Shown here one piece after another: positions 32,780 to 47,187 of a stretch of 64,000 nt of DNA. This DNA is from a bacterium (GTDB lineage: Bacteria > Patescibacteriota > Microgenomatia > Daviesbacterales > UBA10151). The stretch spans positions 413 through 64,412 of the forward strand of contig JAJYIE010000002.1 in NCBI GenBank assembly GCA_021790255.1. Reading direction: 5' to 3'. Position numbers and translations under genes: made by a program. The notes below the pieces were generated by a model. The model ran no database searches and was not told where the DNA came from. It was given only the letters and a program-made list of their open reading frames with translations. Position 1 is the first letter of the stretch. Each line of letters opens with the position of its first letter.

Positions 32780-34606
32780 ATGGACGAAGAAAAGCCGAAG
32801 TCAGCCAGGCTCACGCAAGTTAAAGATACATATCGCGTCAGTCTGCGGCTGATGAAGTTCTTATGGTTTGTTGACAACCGGATGTTTGTCGGCTCATTTG
32901 TTGCCTACACCATCCCGGCCGTTATCCCTTTTCTTAATATTTATATTTACCAATTAGTAATTGACGCGGTTGTTAAAGCGGTGACCAGCGGCGGTATGGT
33001 TAATTACCATCAGTTATATACACTGTTTGCTTTCCGGATTGCCACTTACTTTATCCAGGACGTGGCATTGCGGTCGCAAAATTTGCTGGAGCGGCTGTAT
33101 TGGACAAAAGTGCCGATTTATTTAAACGATATTCTTTTGCGTAGAACCGCTTCCCTGGATATGTATTATTACGAAAACAGCCAGTTTCGCGACCTTTTAG
33201 AAAAAAGCCGTGACTCCATTACCTTTAAGCCGCAACAACTGGCTGACTTATTGTTTTCCAGCGGCCAAAGTTTGCTGCAGTTGCTGATCGCGTTTGTGGC
33301 CATCGCCCGGCTGAATTTATTTTTGGTGATACTGGTGGCATCCATTTCAATCCCGGAGTTTTTTGTCCAAGTACGGTTGTCCCGTCTGGCTTGGGGAATC
33401 TGGTCGAACCAATCACCATACCGAAAAAAGTTTTGGTACCTTTCAAATTTGCTTCAGCGCTCTTGGGATATTAAAGAAGTCAAAATTTTTCAGCTGGCAG
33501 ATAGGTTTTTAGCAGAGTTGAAGGATATCCAAAAAAAGTTTTATCAGGAAAATGCTGTTTTGGCAAAAAAGAACTATTCCCTCAATATCGGTTTTAATAT
33601 CTTATCGACTTTGATTTTTGTAGGAGTGGAAATCTTTGTGGTAATGCAGGCCATCGCCGGAAAAATTACCGTCGGAGGCATCAGCTTTTATACCGGCGTG
33701 GTCAGCAATTTCCAAAACGGCTTAAGCGGTCTGTTTTCTAATATTCGGGGAGTTTTTGAAGACAGTCTTTACGTAAAAAGTATTTTTGACATATTGGATC
33801 TTGAGCCGTACGTCAAACAGCCGGATGATCCGGTTAAATTGGATATCAGAAAAACGCCGCGGATTGAATTTTGCAACGTCACTTTCAAATACCCTGACTC
33901 GCACAAGAAAGTATTAAAAAACTTTTCCCTGACTATTAATCCCGGAGAAAAAGTTGCTTTGGTGGGAGAAAACGGCGTCGGTAAAACCACTTTGATTAAA
34001 CTTTTGGCCCGATTTTATGATGTGACTGAGGGCGAAATTTTAATTGACGGTGTCAACTTAAAAGATTTAAGTTTGGACCAGTGGTATAAGATGATGGGAG
34101 TGCTGTTCCAGGATTTTAACCGCTACGAACACACCGCCAAAGACAACATCGCTTTCGGCAAAATTTATGAACAAATTGAGCCAGAAGAAGTGACCAAGGC
34201 GGCAATGTCTGCCGGAGCGCACGAGATGATTAAGGGGTTTGAACAAGGTTATGAACAAATGCTGGGGAAAACTTTTGAGATGGGTTTGGAGCTATCCGGC
34301 GGCCAATGGCAAAAGATTGCTTTATCCAGGGCGTTTTTACGCAACGCCCCGGTTTTGGTTTTGGATGAGCCGACGGCGGCCATTGATGCTAAAGCTGAAA
34401 GTGAAATTTTTAACCGGGTGGAAAAACTATCGCGGGATAAGACTGTCATTATCATCTCTCATAGGTTTTCCACCGTCCGCAACGCTGACAAAATTTATGT
34501 CATCAACCGGGGTAAAATTATCGAATCCGGGAGCCATGAAGAATTGATGGGATTGGACGGCAAATACGCGACTTTATTTAAACTGCAGGCGAAAGGATAC
34601 CAATAA
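32780..34606 (+). CDS. ABC exporter, fused permease/ATPase
   Basis: Multiple TM segments, GENGVGKTT, LSGGQWQK, LDEPT, ISHR. Confidence 0.93.
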   Translation: MDEEKPKSARLTQVKDTYRVSLRLMKFLWFVDNRMFVGSFVAYTIPAVIPFLNIYIYQLVIDAVVKAVTSGGMVNYHQLYTLFAFRIATYFIQDVALRSQNLLERLYWTKVPIYLNDILLRRTASLDMYYYENSQFRDLLEKSRDSITFKPQQLADLLFSSGQSLLQLLIAFVAIARLNLFLVILVASISIPEFFVQVRLSRLAWGIWSNQSPYRKKFWYLSNLLQRSWDIKEVKIFQLADRFLAELKDIQKKFYQENAVLAKKNYSLNIGFNILSTLIFVGVEIFVVMQAIAGKITVGGISFYTGVVSNFQNGLSGLFSNIRGVFEDSLYVKSIFDILDLEPYVKQPDDPVKLDIRKTPRIEFCNVTFKYPDSHKKVLKNFSLTINPGEKVALVGENGVGKTTLIKLLARFYDVTEGEILIDGVNLKDLSLDQWYKMMGVLFQDFNRYEHTAKDNIAFGKIYEQIEPEEVTKAAMSAGAHEMIKGFEQGYEQMLGKTFEMGLELSGGQWQKIALSRAFLRNAPVLVLDEPTAAIDAKAESEIFNRVEKLSRDKTVIIISHRFSTVRNADKIYVINRGKIIESGSHEELMGLDGKYATLFKLQAKGYQ

Positions 34607-35550
34607 TGGCGGAAGATGCTGAGTTCAAAGAACAAATAACTGAACGCATTCCTCACATAAAAGTTGATCGGAACACGGAAGAGGAGGTTGAGCTGTTTTA
34701 CGAATTTACCGATCCGATAAAGTTAATGCCTTTTCGCCAGGCAGTTTTCCATACTTATCCGGAACTGAAAAAATTAGTAGATGGGTTAAGCCGTAAGGAA
34801 GAAAAACCAGTGATTGAGCAGTTTGTGGAAAATTATTTGCAGGTACACCAGGCTGAGTTTGACCAAATTATGGCGGAGCAACAAAGCCTTTTGGACGAAA
34901 GGGGGCAGGGAGCGTTGGCGGAGTTGGCTAAACTGATGGACTACCACTGGCTGAACAATGCCAATGATTATCGGGCCGTTCCAACTATTTTGCCGGTTTC
35001 GCCTTTTGGTGAAAATGTTTTCTTTCCTTCAATATTGGCGTTGCGGGATCATTGGGGCCTGGAAGATTTTTTATCAATCGGGGTTCATGAAATTTCCCAT
35101 ATGATTTTATTTGATCTTTTAAAAAATGATTATCCCGATCTTTATCTGGTTAGACATTCCAGTCCTGCTATAAATACTTTAAAAGAAGCTCTGGCGCCGG
35201 TAGTAATGAATCAATCACCTTTGAAGGATTATATAAACTTCAGCAATTACCCCAATGGTTATGTCGGCAATCCAAATTTAGCCTTAATTTTCGTCCGGGA
35301 GGCCCAGGAAAAACCCACCCAGATTACGCAGTACCTACAAGATTTATATGAAAGGATGCACCAGGACAAAAAGAAATTTCCGGAGATTATGAAGGCCATG
35401 TTTGATAAGATGTTACCCCTGGAGGATGAGTTTGATAAAAAGCAGGATTTATGGAATAAATACGGCCGCTTTGACGGATCCGGAGAAATTTGTCTTGCTG
35501 ATGAGGAAGCAGAAAAGGAATACTGTCAGCCGATTAAACTACCAGAGTGA
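34606..35550 (+). CDS. hypothetical protein with HExxH motif
   Basis: VHEISH plus downstream E (LKEAL). Overlaps ABC stop (TAATG). Confidence 0.65.
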   Translation: MAEDAEFKEQITERIPHIKVDRNTEEEVELFYEFTDPIKLMPFRQAVFHTYPELKKLVDGLSRKEEKPVIEQFVENYLQVHQAEFDQIMAEQQSLLDERGQGALAELAKLMDYHWLNNANDYRAVPTILPVSPFGENVFFPSILALRDHWGLEDFLSIGVHEISHMILFDLLKNDYPDLYLVRHSSPAINTLKEALAPVVMNQSPLKDYINFSNYPNGYVGNPNLALIFVREAQEKPTQITQYLQDLYERMHQDKKKFPEIMKAMFDKMLPLEDEFDKKQDLWNKYGRFDGSGEICLADEEAEKEYCQPIKLPE

Positions 35551-35599
35551 TAGGATCGAGTCATTGTTAATCCCCGGAAAAACTGCTAATAATAAATTA

Positions 35600-37297
35600 A
35601 TGCCCGATAATTTTGATCATCTTCGTGTGGCTTATTTCTCCATGGAAGTTATGCTGCAAAGCGGCATCCCCACTTATGCCGGGGGTTTGGGTATTTTAGC
35701 CGGTGATCTGCTGCGCTCCTGTGCCGACATGCATATTCCGGTAGCCGGAGTAACCCTGGTTTATTCCGGCAGTACTTTCAAACAAATTATCAACACTGAC
35801 GGCACACAATCGTTTGAGGAATCGGACTGGCAGAAGATGGATTATTTAACCAAGCTGCCGGAAAAAATTGAAATTACCATTCAGGGCTCCCGGGTGGTGG
35901 TAGGCTGCTGGCGGTATGATTTTGTCGGCGAAGACGAGTTTGTGGTGCCGGTGTACCTTTTAGACACTGATTTTCCGGAAAACGAACAGTGGGCGCGCAA
36001 TCTGACCAAGGCGCTTTACGGTGGTGACGGCAGCGTCCGTTTGGGCCAGGAAATTTTACTGGGTGTAGGCGGCGTTAAAATGCTCAAAGCCTTGGGCTAT
36101 AAAGATATTCAGACTTACCACATGAATGAGGGTCACTCAGCCTTCGTCCCACTGGCCCTTCTGCCTGATTATGACTTTAAAGATGACGCCGTCAGACAAA
36201 AATGCGCTTTTACCACTCATACGCCTGTGCCGGAGGGGCACGACCATTTCCCTTATGATTTTGCCCAAAAGCTGGCGGGCAATATTTTACCCTGGCATAT
36301 TAAAAAAATTGCCACGGAGTCTTCACTCAGCATGACGGATTTGGCAATGAACATGAGTAAGACTACCCTGGCTGTTTCCCGGAAGCACCAAAAAGTTACC
36401 CAGGCAATGTTCCCCGGCCACAATATCGATTATATTACCAACGGCGTCCATCATTTAACCTGGACAGCACCTGTGTTTCAGAATGTTTATAACCGATATC
36501 TGTCTGGTTGGGATAAGGATCCGAAACTCCTGAAAGAGGCACCGGAGAAAATTCCCGATGATGCCCTCTGGAATGCTCACCAGGACAGCAAGCGTGAGCT
36601 GATAAATTATGTCAATAAACACTTAACTTCGGTGATGTTTCCGTTTGAAAAGCCGCAGCCTGATGAATATTTTGACATGGATACACTGACCGTCGCTCTT
36701 GCTCGCCGGCCGGTGGCCTATAAACGGCCGCTGCTTCTCTACTCAGATTTGGAGCGGTTTATCAGGATTGGTGTCGGGCGGATCCAGATTATCCAATGCG
36801 GGAAGTCGCATCCCAATGATGATATCAGCCAGGGGTTTGTCCAGGAAATTGTCCGCATTTCCAAGAAGCTGCGGACGATTTTAAAGATAACTTATTTGGA
36901 AAATTATTCTCCGAAAATTGCCCGGATGCTGGTGTTTGGCTCAGATGTTTGGTTGAATACCCCGCGCCGGCCCCTGGAAGCTTCGGGAACTTCTGGGATG
37001 AAGGCAGCCTTAAACGGTGTCATCAACTTTTCAGTCCTGGACGGCTGGTGGATTGAAGGAGCAAAGATGGATCCCCTGGCCGGTTTTTCCATTGGCCTTA
37101 GTGATGACAGCGTGACTCCTTCCAACGATGATGCGGCCGATGCGGATGATTTGTATAACCGTCTGGAGAATGAGATTATCCCCATGTATTATGACCACCG
37201 TTCGGAGTGGATCATGCGGATGAAGCATGCTATTACTCTGGGTGCATACTTTAATACCCACCGCTGCGTAAAGCAATATTTGGAAAAAGCCTGGTAA
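35600..37297 (+). CDS. glgP: alpha-glucan (glycogen/maltodextrin) phosphorylase, short form
   Basis: AYFSME, YAGGLG, HMNEGH, FTTHTP, ITNGVH, EASGTSGMKA. Confidence 0.93.
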   Translation: MPDNFDHLRVAYFSMEVMLQSGIPTYAGGLGILAGDLLRSCADMHIPVAGVTLVYSGSTFKQIINTDGTQSFEESDWQKMDYLTKLPEKIEITIQGSRVVVGCWRYDFVGEDEFVVPVYLLDTDFPENEQWARNLTKALYGGDGSVRLGQEILLGVGGVKMLKALGYKDIQTYHMNEGHSAFVPLALLPDYDFKDDAVRQKCAFTTHTPVPEGHDHFPYDFAQKLAGNILPWHIKKIATESSLSMTDLAMNMSKTTLAVSRKHQKVTQAMFPGHNIDYITNGVHHLTWTAPVFQNVYNRYLSGWDKDPKLLKEAPEKIPDDALWNAHQDSKRELINYVNKHLTSVMFPFEKPQPDEYFDMDTLTVALARRPVAYKRPLLLYSDLERFIRIGVGRIQIIQCGKSHPNDDISQGFVQEIVRISKKLRTILKITYLENYSPKIARMLVFGSDVWLNTPRRPLEASGTSGMKAALNGVINFSVLDGWWIEGAKMDPLAGFSIGLSDDSVTPSNDDAADADDLYNRLENEIIPMYYDHRSEWIMRMKHAITLGAYFNTHRCVKQYLEKAW

Positions 37298-37346
37298 AAT
37301 ACCATGTCATCTCGCCGAAGGGCGGGGTCCAATTAAAATGTCTACT

Positions 37347-38726
37347 TTATTTCTTTGCGGATTGGATGAGTTGGACAACTTCGTTTTTGGTTTGCTCCAT
37401 TTTTACTTTATCTTTAGCTTCAACGTTTAATCTGATTAGGGGCTCGGTATTGGAAGACCGGAGAGAAATGCGCAAATCCGGATAGCTGACGGCTACGCCG
37501 TCCAACGTGGAAATTTCCCCATCAGCATATTTTTGTTTGACTAGATCCAAAAGCTCCGGCCCGTTTTTGACTTCAAAGTTAATTTCGCTGGATTCAAAAG
37601 CCCGCCGGCAACTTTCGGCAATCTCCGATAAAGGTTTGCCTTCCCGACTCATAACTGCCAGGATAATTAAGATTACCGGCATTTGCGCTTCAGCACCGCC
37701 GGTAGCGGCAAAAAAATAATGGGCTGAACTCTCCCCTGCAAAGATAGCGCCTTCGTTTTGCAGTTGTTCGGTAATGAACGCATGGCCGACTTTAGAAACA
37801 GACAACTTCCCGCCCGCCTCATCCACATTTTCCCGGGCATTAATCAGATAGCGAATATCAGCAATAATCGTGGCCCCGGGGTGGGTTTTCAGAAGTTCCT
37901 TAGCAATAATTGAGGTAATAATTGACGGCGGGACTATCTGGCCATTTTCATCAACGATGAACATCCTATCCCCGTCGCCGTCCGGCGCCAGTCCGATATC
38001 GGCGCCGGTCTCCCGGACTTTATTTTGCAAATCAACCAAGTTTTTTGGCTGCAGTGGATCGGGTTGATGGGCCGGAAAATTTCCATCCAAGTTGAAATTC
38101 ATCCTGGTCAGCTCGCCGGGAATGTGTTTGAACAACTCCTCAACGTAAAGACTGCCCATGGCGTTACCGGCATCGGCAACAACTTTGAAAGGCTTAATAT
38201 TGGGATGGCCGGCTATTTCCAAAGCTTTCTCGGCCTCTTTTTCCAAAACGCTGCTTTCTTCGGTGACGCTGCCCTGTCCCGCCGGCGGCTGGACACCTTC
38301 TAAAGCCAGGCGTTTAATTTCATCAATGCCGGTGTTTTTGCCGATTTTCAGAACGCCCTTGTCAATCTTTCTGATAATTTTCATGCCGTTATACTCTTTG
38401 GGGTTATGGGAAGCGGAAATAATAAATCCGCCGTCTAATCCCAGGTTACTGACGGCAAAATAAAACGATGGTGTGGACAAAAGCCCCAGGTCAACAACCT
38501 GAGCGCCTAAGCTGATGAGAGTGTCTTTGGCAATTTGAAAAAGTGCCGGTGAAGATAAACGCATATCACGGCCCAAACCAAATTTAAAAGGTTGGCCGGC
38601 CGGATAATCTTTGGTCAGAAAGGCGAAAATAGCCTTGGTAATTTGTGAAACGTTTTCCTCGTTGATTTCAGTCGGATAAATTCCGCGGATATCGTAACTT
38701 TTGAAAATATTTTCCGGGATAGTCAT
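37347..38726 (-). CDS. phosphomannomutase/phosphoglucomutase
   Basis: FKSYDIRG, SASHNP, DGDGDR, GESSAH, RSSNTEP. Confidence 0.95.
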   Translation of the reverse strand: MTIPENIFKSYDIRGIYPTEINEENVSQITKAIFAFLTKDYPAGQPFKFGLGRDMRLSSPALFQIAKDTLISLGAQVVDLGLLSTPSFYFAVSNLGLDGGFIISASHNPKEYNGMKIIRKIDKGVLKIGKNTGIDEIKRLALEGVQPPAGQGSVTEESSVLEKEAEKALEIAGHPNIKPFKVVADAGNAMGSLYVEELFKHIPGELTRMNFNLDGNFPAHQPDPLQPKNLVDLQNKVRETGADIGLAPDGDGDRMFIVDENGQIVPPSIITSIIAKELLKTHPGATIIADIRYLINARENVDEAGGKLSVSKVGHAFITEQLQNEGAIFAGESSAHYFFAATGGAEAQMPVILIILAVMSREGKPLSEIAESCRRAFESSEINFEVKNGPELLDLVKQKYADGEISTLDGVAVSYPDLRISLRSSNTEPLIRLNVEAKDKVKMEQTKNEVVQLIQSAKK

Positions 38727-38816
38727 AAACTTAGCTGGCATTTAATTCTAACAGACTTTTTAGATTTTTGCCGCCATTGACTGTTCGCAAAGTTTTCGGG
38801 TAAAATAGATGGTTGC

Positions 38817-39834
<1,018 letters not shown>

Positions 39835-39902
39835 GGGTATGGTGTATAGCGTTTAGTTTGGGATAACAATACCCTGTATGCTACATCTTTACGCTAATTA
39901 AG

Positions 39903-40397
39903 ATGGATATTTTACAAAGTTTTGGCGTTAAGCCGATATTACTTTTAGCGCAGGCAGTAAACTTTTTTATCCTGCTTGTTATATTGAAGAAGTTTTTGTA
40001 TAAACCGGTCTTAAAGGTGCTGGATGAACGGCGCAGGAAAATTACTGAAAGCTTAAAGAATGCCGATGAGATTGAAAAACGGCTGGAGCAAATCGGCGAA
40101 GACCGGGAGAAAAAACTGCAGGAAGCCGCTAGGGACGCAGAGGAAATAATCAGGGAAGCTACACAGACGGCCGGGGTGATTGTGGCTCAAGCCCACGAAA
40201 AAGCCGCCGCCGATGCAGAAAAGATTATTGAAAAGTCCCGGCAAAGTCTAGAGCTGGAACGGGAAAAGCTGCACCAAGAAGTGCGCTCTGAGCTGGCTGA
40301 CCTGGTGGTGGCGGGTTTAGAGAAAGTCATCGGGAAAACGTTGACGGAAAAATACAAAAAAGAAACTGTGGAGAAGTCGTTGCATGAAATTGGATAA
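39903..40397 (+). CDS. atpF: ATP synthase F0 subunit b
   Basis: AQAVNF...LYKPV...LDERR plus coiled coil. Confidence 0.95.
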   Translation: MDILQSFGVKPILLLAQAVNFFILLVILKKFLYKPVLKVLDERRRKITESLKNADEIEKRLEQIGEDREKKLQEAARDAEEIIREATQTAGVIVAQAHEKAAADAEKIIEKSRQSLELEREKLHQEVRSELADLVVAGLEKVIGKTLTEKYKKETVEKSLHEIG

Positions 40398-40782
40398 AAA
40401 AACTAGAAAGATTATTGACCAGATGGTTAAAATCAGTTTTGATAAGGCGGGGCGGCTGGACGGCGCCCAGGCCAGAAAAAATGCCGAGCTTTTGGCTGCT
40501 CTTCCTCGCTGGTCAGCCATTGCCTCTATGAGTGAGTATCTGCACAGAATAAAGAGTGAAGTCGGAAAAACGACTTTGCTGATTGAGTCTCCCCTTTCCC
40601 TTGCAGCACCCCAGCAGCAAAAGATTCGGCAAAGTTTTTCGGATAAGTATTTGGTTAATGATGTGCAAACAGTAGTCGACAGTTCACTTTTTGGTGGTGT
40701 AAGGGTAAAATTAGGAGACATGGTCTTTGATGACAGTATCAGAAACAGGATTAACCAACTGAAAGGCGCAATTAAAGGCTAA
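40384..40782 (+). CDS. atpH: ATP synthase F1 subunit delta (short)
   Basis: VDSSLFGGVRVKLGDMVFDDSI C-terminal motif; operon position. Confidence 0.9.
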   Translation: MKLDKKTRKIIDQMVKISFDKAGRLDGAQARKNAELLAALPRWSAIASMSEYLHRIKSEVGKTTLLIESPLSLAAPQQQKIRQSFSDKYLVNDVQTVVDSSLFGGVRVKLGDMVFDDSIRNRINQLKGAIKG

Positions 40783-40795
40783 TTAGAAATTTTCT

Positions 40796-42331
40796 ATGGC
40801 TAACAGCTTGATTGTCGATATTGAAAAACAAATTCAGGGTTTAAAAACTGCTGCTGTGGCGGAAAATGTGGGTACGGTAGTGGAGGTTGGAGATGGTATC
40901 GCCCGGATCGAAGGCCTTTCCGGGGTAAAATCCTCGGAAATGATTGATTTCGGAGAAGGGGTTTTCGGGCTGGCTTTAAATTTGGAACAATATAGTGTGG
41001 GGGCAATTATCCTTGGAGACTTTACAAAGGTAAAAGAGGGCCAGCAGGTAAAAACCACCGGCAGACTGTTGTCTGTTCCCGTTGGCGAAGACTTGGTGGG
41101 ACGGGTGGTGGACGCCCTGGGCAGGCCGGTTGACGGAAAAGGTCCGATCAAAACAAAAGAAACGTACCCCATTGAAAAAGTTGCCTCGGGGGTGATTACC
41201 CGCCAGAAAGTAACTGTGCCGCTTCAAACTGGTATCAAAGCCATTGATGCAATGTTTGCTATCGGTCGGGGGCAAAGGGAGCTTATTATCGGCGACCGTA
41301 ATACCGGCAAAACTACCCTGGCCGTAGACACAATTATTAACCAAAAAGGTAAGGGCGTAACGTGCATTTATGTGGCGATCGGCCAAAAATCATCAAAAGT
41401 AGCACAACTTGTGGCTACACTTGAGGAACACGGAGCAATGGACCACACCATTATTGTTACCGCTCCAGCCTCCTCCCCTGCTCCGATGCAATATATTGCT
41501 CCCTACGCCGGATGCGCTATGGGGGAATATTTTATGGATAAGGGCAGCGATGCCCTGATTATTTATGATGATTTGTCAAAGCACGCCTGGGCTTACCGCC
41601 AGGTTTCCCTGCTTCTGCGGCGCCCTTCTGGCCGGGAAGCTTACCCGGGAGATGTTTTTTACCTGCATTCCAGGCTTTTGGAGCGGGCATCCCGGATGAA
41701 TTCCGACTATGGCGGTGGGTCTCTTACCGCTCTGCCGATTATTGAAACCCAGGCGGGAGACGTTTCTGCCTATATTCCCACCAATGTCATCTCCATCACC
41801 GATGGGCAGATTTATCTGGAAAGTGATCTTTTTTACGGCGGCATCAGGCCGGCTATTAACGTTGGCTTGTCGGTTTCCAGGGTTGGAGGTGATGCCCAAA
41901 TGAAAGCAATGAAGTCAGTAGCCGGTAAATTAAAGCTTGATCTGGCGCAGTATCGCGAACTGGCCGCGTTTGCCCAGTTTGCATCTGACCTTGATCCGGT
42001 GACCCGGGCGCAAATTGAGCGGGGTCGGCGGATGACGGAAGTGTTAAAGCAGCCTCAATATTCTCCGGTGCCGGTAGAAAACCAGGTCGCAATTTTGTGG
42101 GCTGCAACCCAAGGCTACATGGATGATGTTCCGGTGGAAAGAGTCCGGGAATTTGAAAAAAAGTATATATCTCATTTACAATTAAAAGAGATGAAACTCT
42201 TGGAACAGATTTTGGAGAAGAAGGAGTTGACGGATGAGATTAAATCAGGATTGGAAAAAGTTACTAAAAAGTTCGGTGATGATTATTTGAAATCGCTGCC
42301 CAAAGAGGAGAAAGAGAAAAAGGTTAAATGA
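40796..42331 (+). CDS. atpA: ATP synthase F1 subunit alpha
   Basis: [31 protein letters not shown]. Confidence 0.98.
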   Translation: MANSLIVDIEKQIQGLKTAAVAENVGTVVEVGDGIARIEGLSGVKSSEMIDFGEGVFGLALNLEQYSVGAIILGDFTKVKEGQQVKTTGRLLSVPVGEDLVGRVVDALGRPVDGKGPIKTKETYPIEKVASGVITRQKVTVPLQTGIKAIDAMFAIGRGQRELIIGDRNTGKTTLAVDTIINQKGKGVTCIYVAIGQKSSKVAQLVATLEEHGAMDHTIIVTAPASSPAPMQYIAPYAGCAMGEYFMDKGSDALIIYDDLSKHAWAYRQVSLLLRRPSGREAYPGDVFYLHSRLLERASRMNSDYGGGSLTALPIIETQAGDVSAYIPTNVISITDGQIYLESDLFYGGIRPAINVGLSVSRVGGDAQMKAMKSVAGKLKLDLAQYRELAAFAQFASDLDPVTRAQIERGRRMTEVLKQPQYSPVPVENQVAILWAATQGYMDDVPVERVREFEKKYISHLQLKEMKLLEQILEKKELTDEIKSGLEKVTKKFGDDYLKSLPKEEKEKKVK

Positions 42332-43155
42332 ACCCGGATGAACCCATGAGTACAGAGCAGGCGGAAAAAGATGGATATTGGCTAAAAGGTGGCGGCAATG
42401 ATTTGTTGAAAGGAAAGCCTAACTGGCAGGAGTTTTTCATTTCCTTGCCGGATCACCAAAAGGCTTTTGTCGACCACTCCGCTCTGCGCTACTTGGGATG
42501 TATGGATGAGCGGGATAAAGGGAGACAGGAATGGAATGCGTACAAAATCGGCTTAGGCGGAGCGGCGATTGGTTACACGGAAAGAGTACCGGATTTTTTG
42601 CCGAAGCAGAGTATTTTAGTCGGAACATCATCCCATCGGCGCAATTGCGGTTATGCAACTTTATTCAAAGAGGAAAATGGTTTGGTTAATGAAACGGTAA
42701 ACCAGGTGGCTGATGACCAGGCTAAAATTACTGCCGAAATGCTCGGGATTCCTTACCTGGGTGTAGTTGAAGATTATAATATGAACCCTCCGGTGAATTT
42801 TCATCCGGCTCGGGCGATGTACTATGACGGCGGTGGATATTTTGTGCCTTATCTGACCCCGGAGTTGCCGGAAGGGCTTTTAATCAGCCGTGGGATGGTT
42901 TCCAACTCTGAATATAGCCGAAGACTTGCTAAAATTGCTATGAAAATTGTTCTGGAACATGGTTTTAGTAGGAGGTTTACTCAGGATTCTCCCTTTTATG
43001 CAGTGATTGTAACGGAACCGGGGGTAGGGATTGATAAAGAGGCTGCTACCGTAGAAGTCAAGCGGGCAATTGATGAGCTGACCAACGAGATTGGTGGGGA
43101 GTTTAACGGACATCTGCCGGTGAAGGTGGATTATATTGAGAAGGTTAGTGTGTAA
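42328..43155 (+). CDS. carbonic-anhydrase-like metal-binding protein inside atp operon
   Basis: CMDER (CxDxR) and SHRRNCG (H...C) motifs. ATGA overlap with atpA. Confidence 0.55.
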   Translation: MNPDEPMSTEQAEKDGYWLKGGGNDLLKGKPNWQEFFISLPDHQKAFVDHSALRYLGCMDERDKGRQEWNAYKIGLGGAAIGYTERVPDFLPKQSILVGTSSHRRNCGYATLFKEENGLVNETVNQVADDQAKITAEMLGIPYLGVVEDYNMNPPVNFHPARAMYYDGGGYFVPYLTPELPEGLLISRGMVSNSEYSRRLAKIAMKIVLEHGFSRRFTQDSPFYAVIVTEPGVGIDKEAATVEVKRAIDELTNEIGGEFNGHLPVKVDYIEKVSV

Positions 43156-43226
43156 GTGATTGCATGTAGAGTGTGGAATAAGATTCCCGATAAGCTCGCC
43201 TTGTTTCCGGTACACCTTAACTAAAT

Positions 43227-45552
<2,326 letters not shown>

Positions 45553-45821
45553 TGCTTCCCTGGAAATAATCAATTGTATATTTATCGTCTTCTGAGAGCA
45601 TCATGATTTTATAGTATTCCATGCCCTCTTTGGGCTGCAGGAATATTTGCTCAATCATTGGATCATCAGCAGGGATAGCTTTACTGCTGGCAGGAAGAAT
45701 CCCGTTCTTACAGGTAAGCGGCGCATCAAAATATGTAAGGGCTACTGTTTACCGTAAAACTACACAACAAAAGACTGCACTGATTTGTCTGCCCTGCTGA
45801 TTTTGGTGTAAGATTATTAAT

Positions 45822-46271
45822 ATGCACTGGTTGAGGCAAGTTTACGATTTTATCTACGGCGAAAATAAGGGAGTCTCATTTATTGTTCTGATCTCTTTTC
45901 TGGTAACTTTTATCATCGCCCGCTCAATCATTTATATGATGGACCACAATGTTTTACCCGATTGGTATCTGTTCATGGGCCAAACACATGTCCACCACTT
46001 AAACTACGGCATATTTTTGCTGTCAATTTCGGGCTATTTATCATTGGTTTTTAACGGGAACAAGATTACCAAATGGCTGGGGATAATTTACGGGGTAGGT
46101 TTAGGGTTGACCTTTGACGAGTTCGCCATATGGTTTCATTTAAACGACAATTATTATGCCAGATTATCTTATGAGGCCGTGGTGGTGATTGCGGCGCTAC
46201 TGATTAATGTGGTTTATTTCGGTGACTTATGGGAAAAAATATTTTATTTCATTGTCCGCCGGAAGGAATAA
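45822..46271 (+). CDS. membrane protein with HVHH motif
   Basis: Four TM segments, HVHHLNYG, GLTFDEF. Confidence 0.75.
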   Translation: MHWLRQVYDFIYGENKGVSFIVLISFLVTFIIARSIIYMMDHNVLPDWYLFMGQTHVHHLNYGIFLLSISGYLSLVFNGNKITKWLGIIYGVGLGLTFDEFAIWFHLNDNYYARLSYEAVVVIAALLINVVYFGDLWEKIFYFIVRRKE

Positions 46272-46482
46272 TGATGATTACGTCTTCATCGGCGTGGCTA
46301 GCTGAAAATAATTTCCATTTCGTCCCGGATCAGGCTGGGATGGTCAAGAAAGTATTGCCAGTCAAAAAACCGAAATCATTATCCTGGTTCCACCTGGGAT
46401 CTTTTCGAAAAACATATTTTTAGTAATCGCTTAATTTTTGCGGGTTCCCTGATGACAGCAGAAAGGAATCCCAGCGAAGCAT
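46250..46482 (-). pseudogene. possible VOC/glyoxalase-family remnant
   Basis: ATG at 46482 gives MLRWDSFLLSSGNPQKLSDY*KYVFRKDPRW...FGFLTGNTFLTI with in-frame stops. 3' limit approximate. Confidence 0.35.
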
Positions 46483-46514
46483 TGTTAAAACTACCTTAGA
46501 AGGTTAGCGTACAG

Positions 46515-47099
46515 TCATTTTGTATTGGGGCGATTAGCCAGGTGGCCAACTTTTACAGTGGCTTGGTTTTCCCTGTTAGCTTGTCCTTCGATGCGCATTT
46601 CTTCCAGCGTTTTGCCGCTGTTAGGATCTATTTTATCCCGCAGGTCATTTCTTTGTAAGTAGGTACGGATTATCCGGCCTGCCAGGCGAAACAAAGACGG
46701 TTGAGGGTGCTGCTCTTGGGTGGACGGTGATTTTTGATCAAACCGGTCATTAACTTTTTTAAGCCTGGCCATAATTTCCTTTTTTTCTTCGTCCGATGGT
46801 TGTTTGGAAGCAATGATTTGATTGATTTTTTCGTCAGGATCGAAACTCCTCGCCTCTTGGGCAGCAGCAGATTCAGTGATTGGGGGCAAAGACGACTTTG
46901 GGGTATCAGGGGGATTTTGCTCATGAATAGCGGCAGCAGTGGTATTGAAAAAAGTAGCGAGGGCCAGTGCCCCCCGGAGCATGCCGCTTTTGCTGAACCG
47001 GTTCTCCGGGGAAAAAGCCGGCTTTTTTTTAGTGCTGGGCGTAATGTTTATTGATTCATCTGCCTGGGAGATGTCCGGACCAATTTCGCTCATAAGCAT
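46515..47099 (-). CDS. hypothetical protein with single hydrophobic segment
   Basis: 194-aa ORF, LRGALALATFF segment, low-complexity linker. Confidence 0.55.
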   Translation of the reverse strand: MLMSEIGPDISQADESINITPSTKKKPAFSPENRFSKSGMLRGALALATFFNTTAAAIHEQNPPDTPKSSLPPITESAAAQEARSFDPDEKINQIIASKQPSDEEKKEIMARLKKVNDRFDQKSPSTQEQHPQPSLFRLAGRIIRTYLQRNDLRDKIDPNSGKTLEEMRIEGQANRENQATVKVGHLANRPNTK

Positions 47100-47187
47100 C
47101 AGCCTTGACCGGCTGCCTTAAAACATAATATCATACAAAAGTAAAAAGTTAAAAGCAGTTTTGATTTTTGACTTTTGAAGAAATTCT

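Noticed and set aside
32692-32877. 62-aa N-terminal extension of TyrRS in the ORF track
   Set aside because: Overlaps the divergent ABC gene. The real start is MTNDEKF at 32691.
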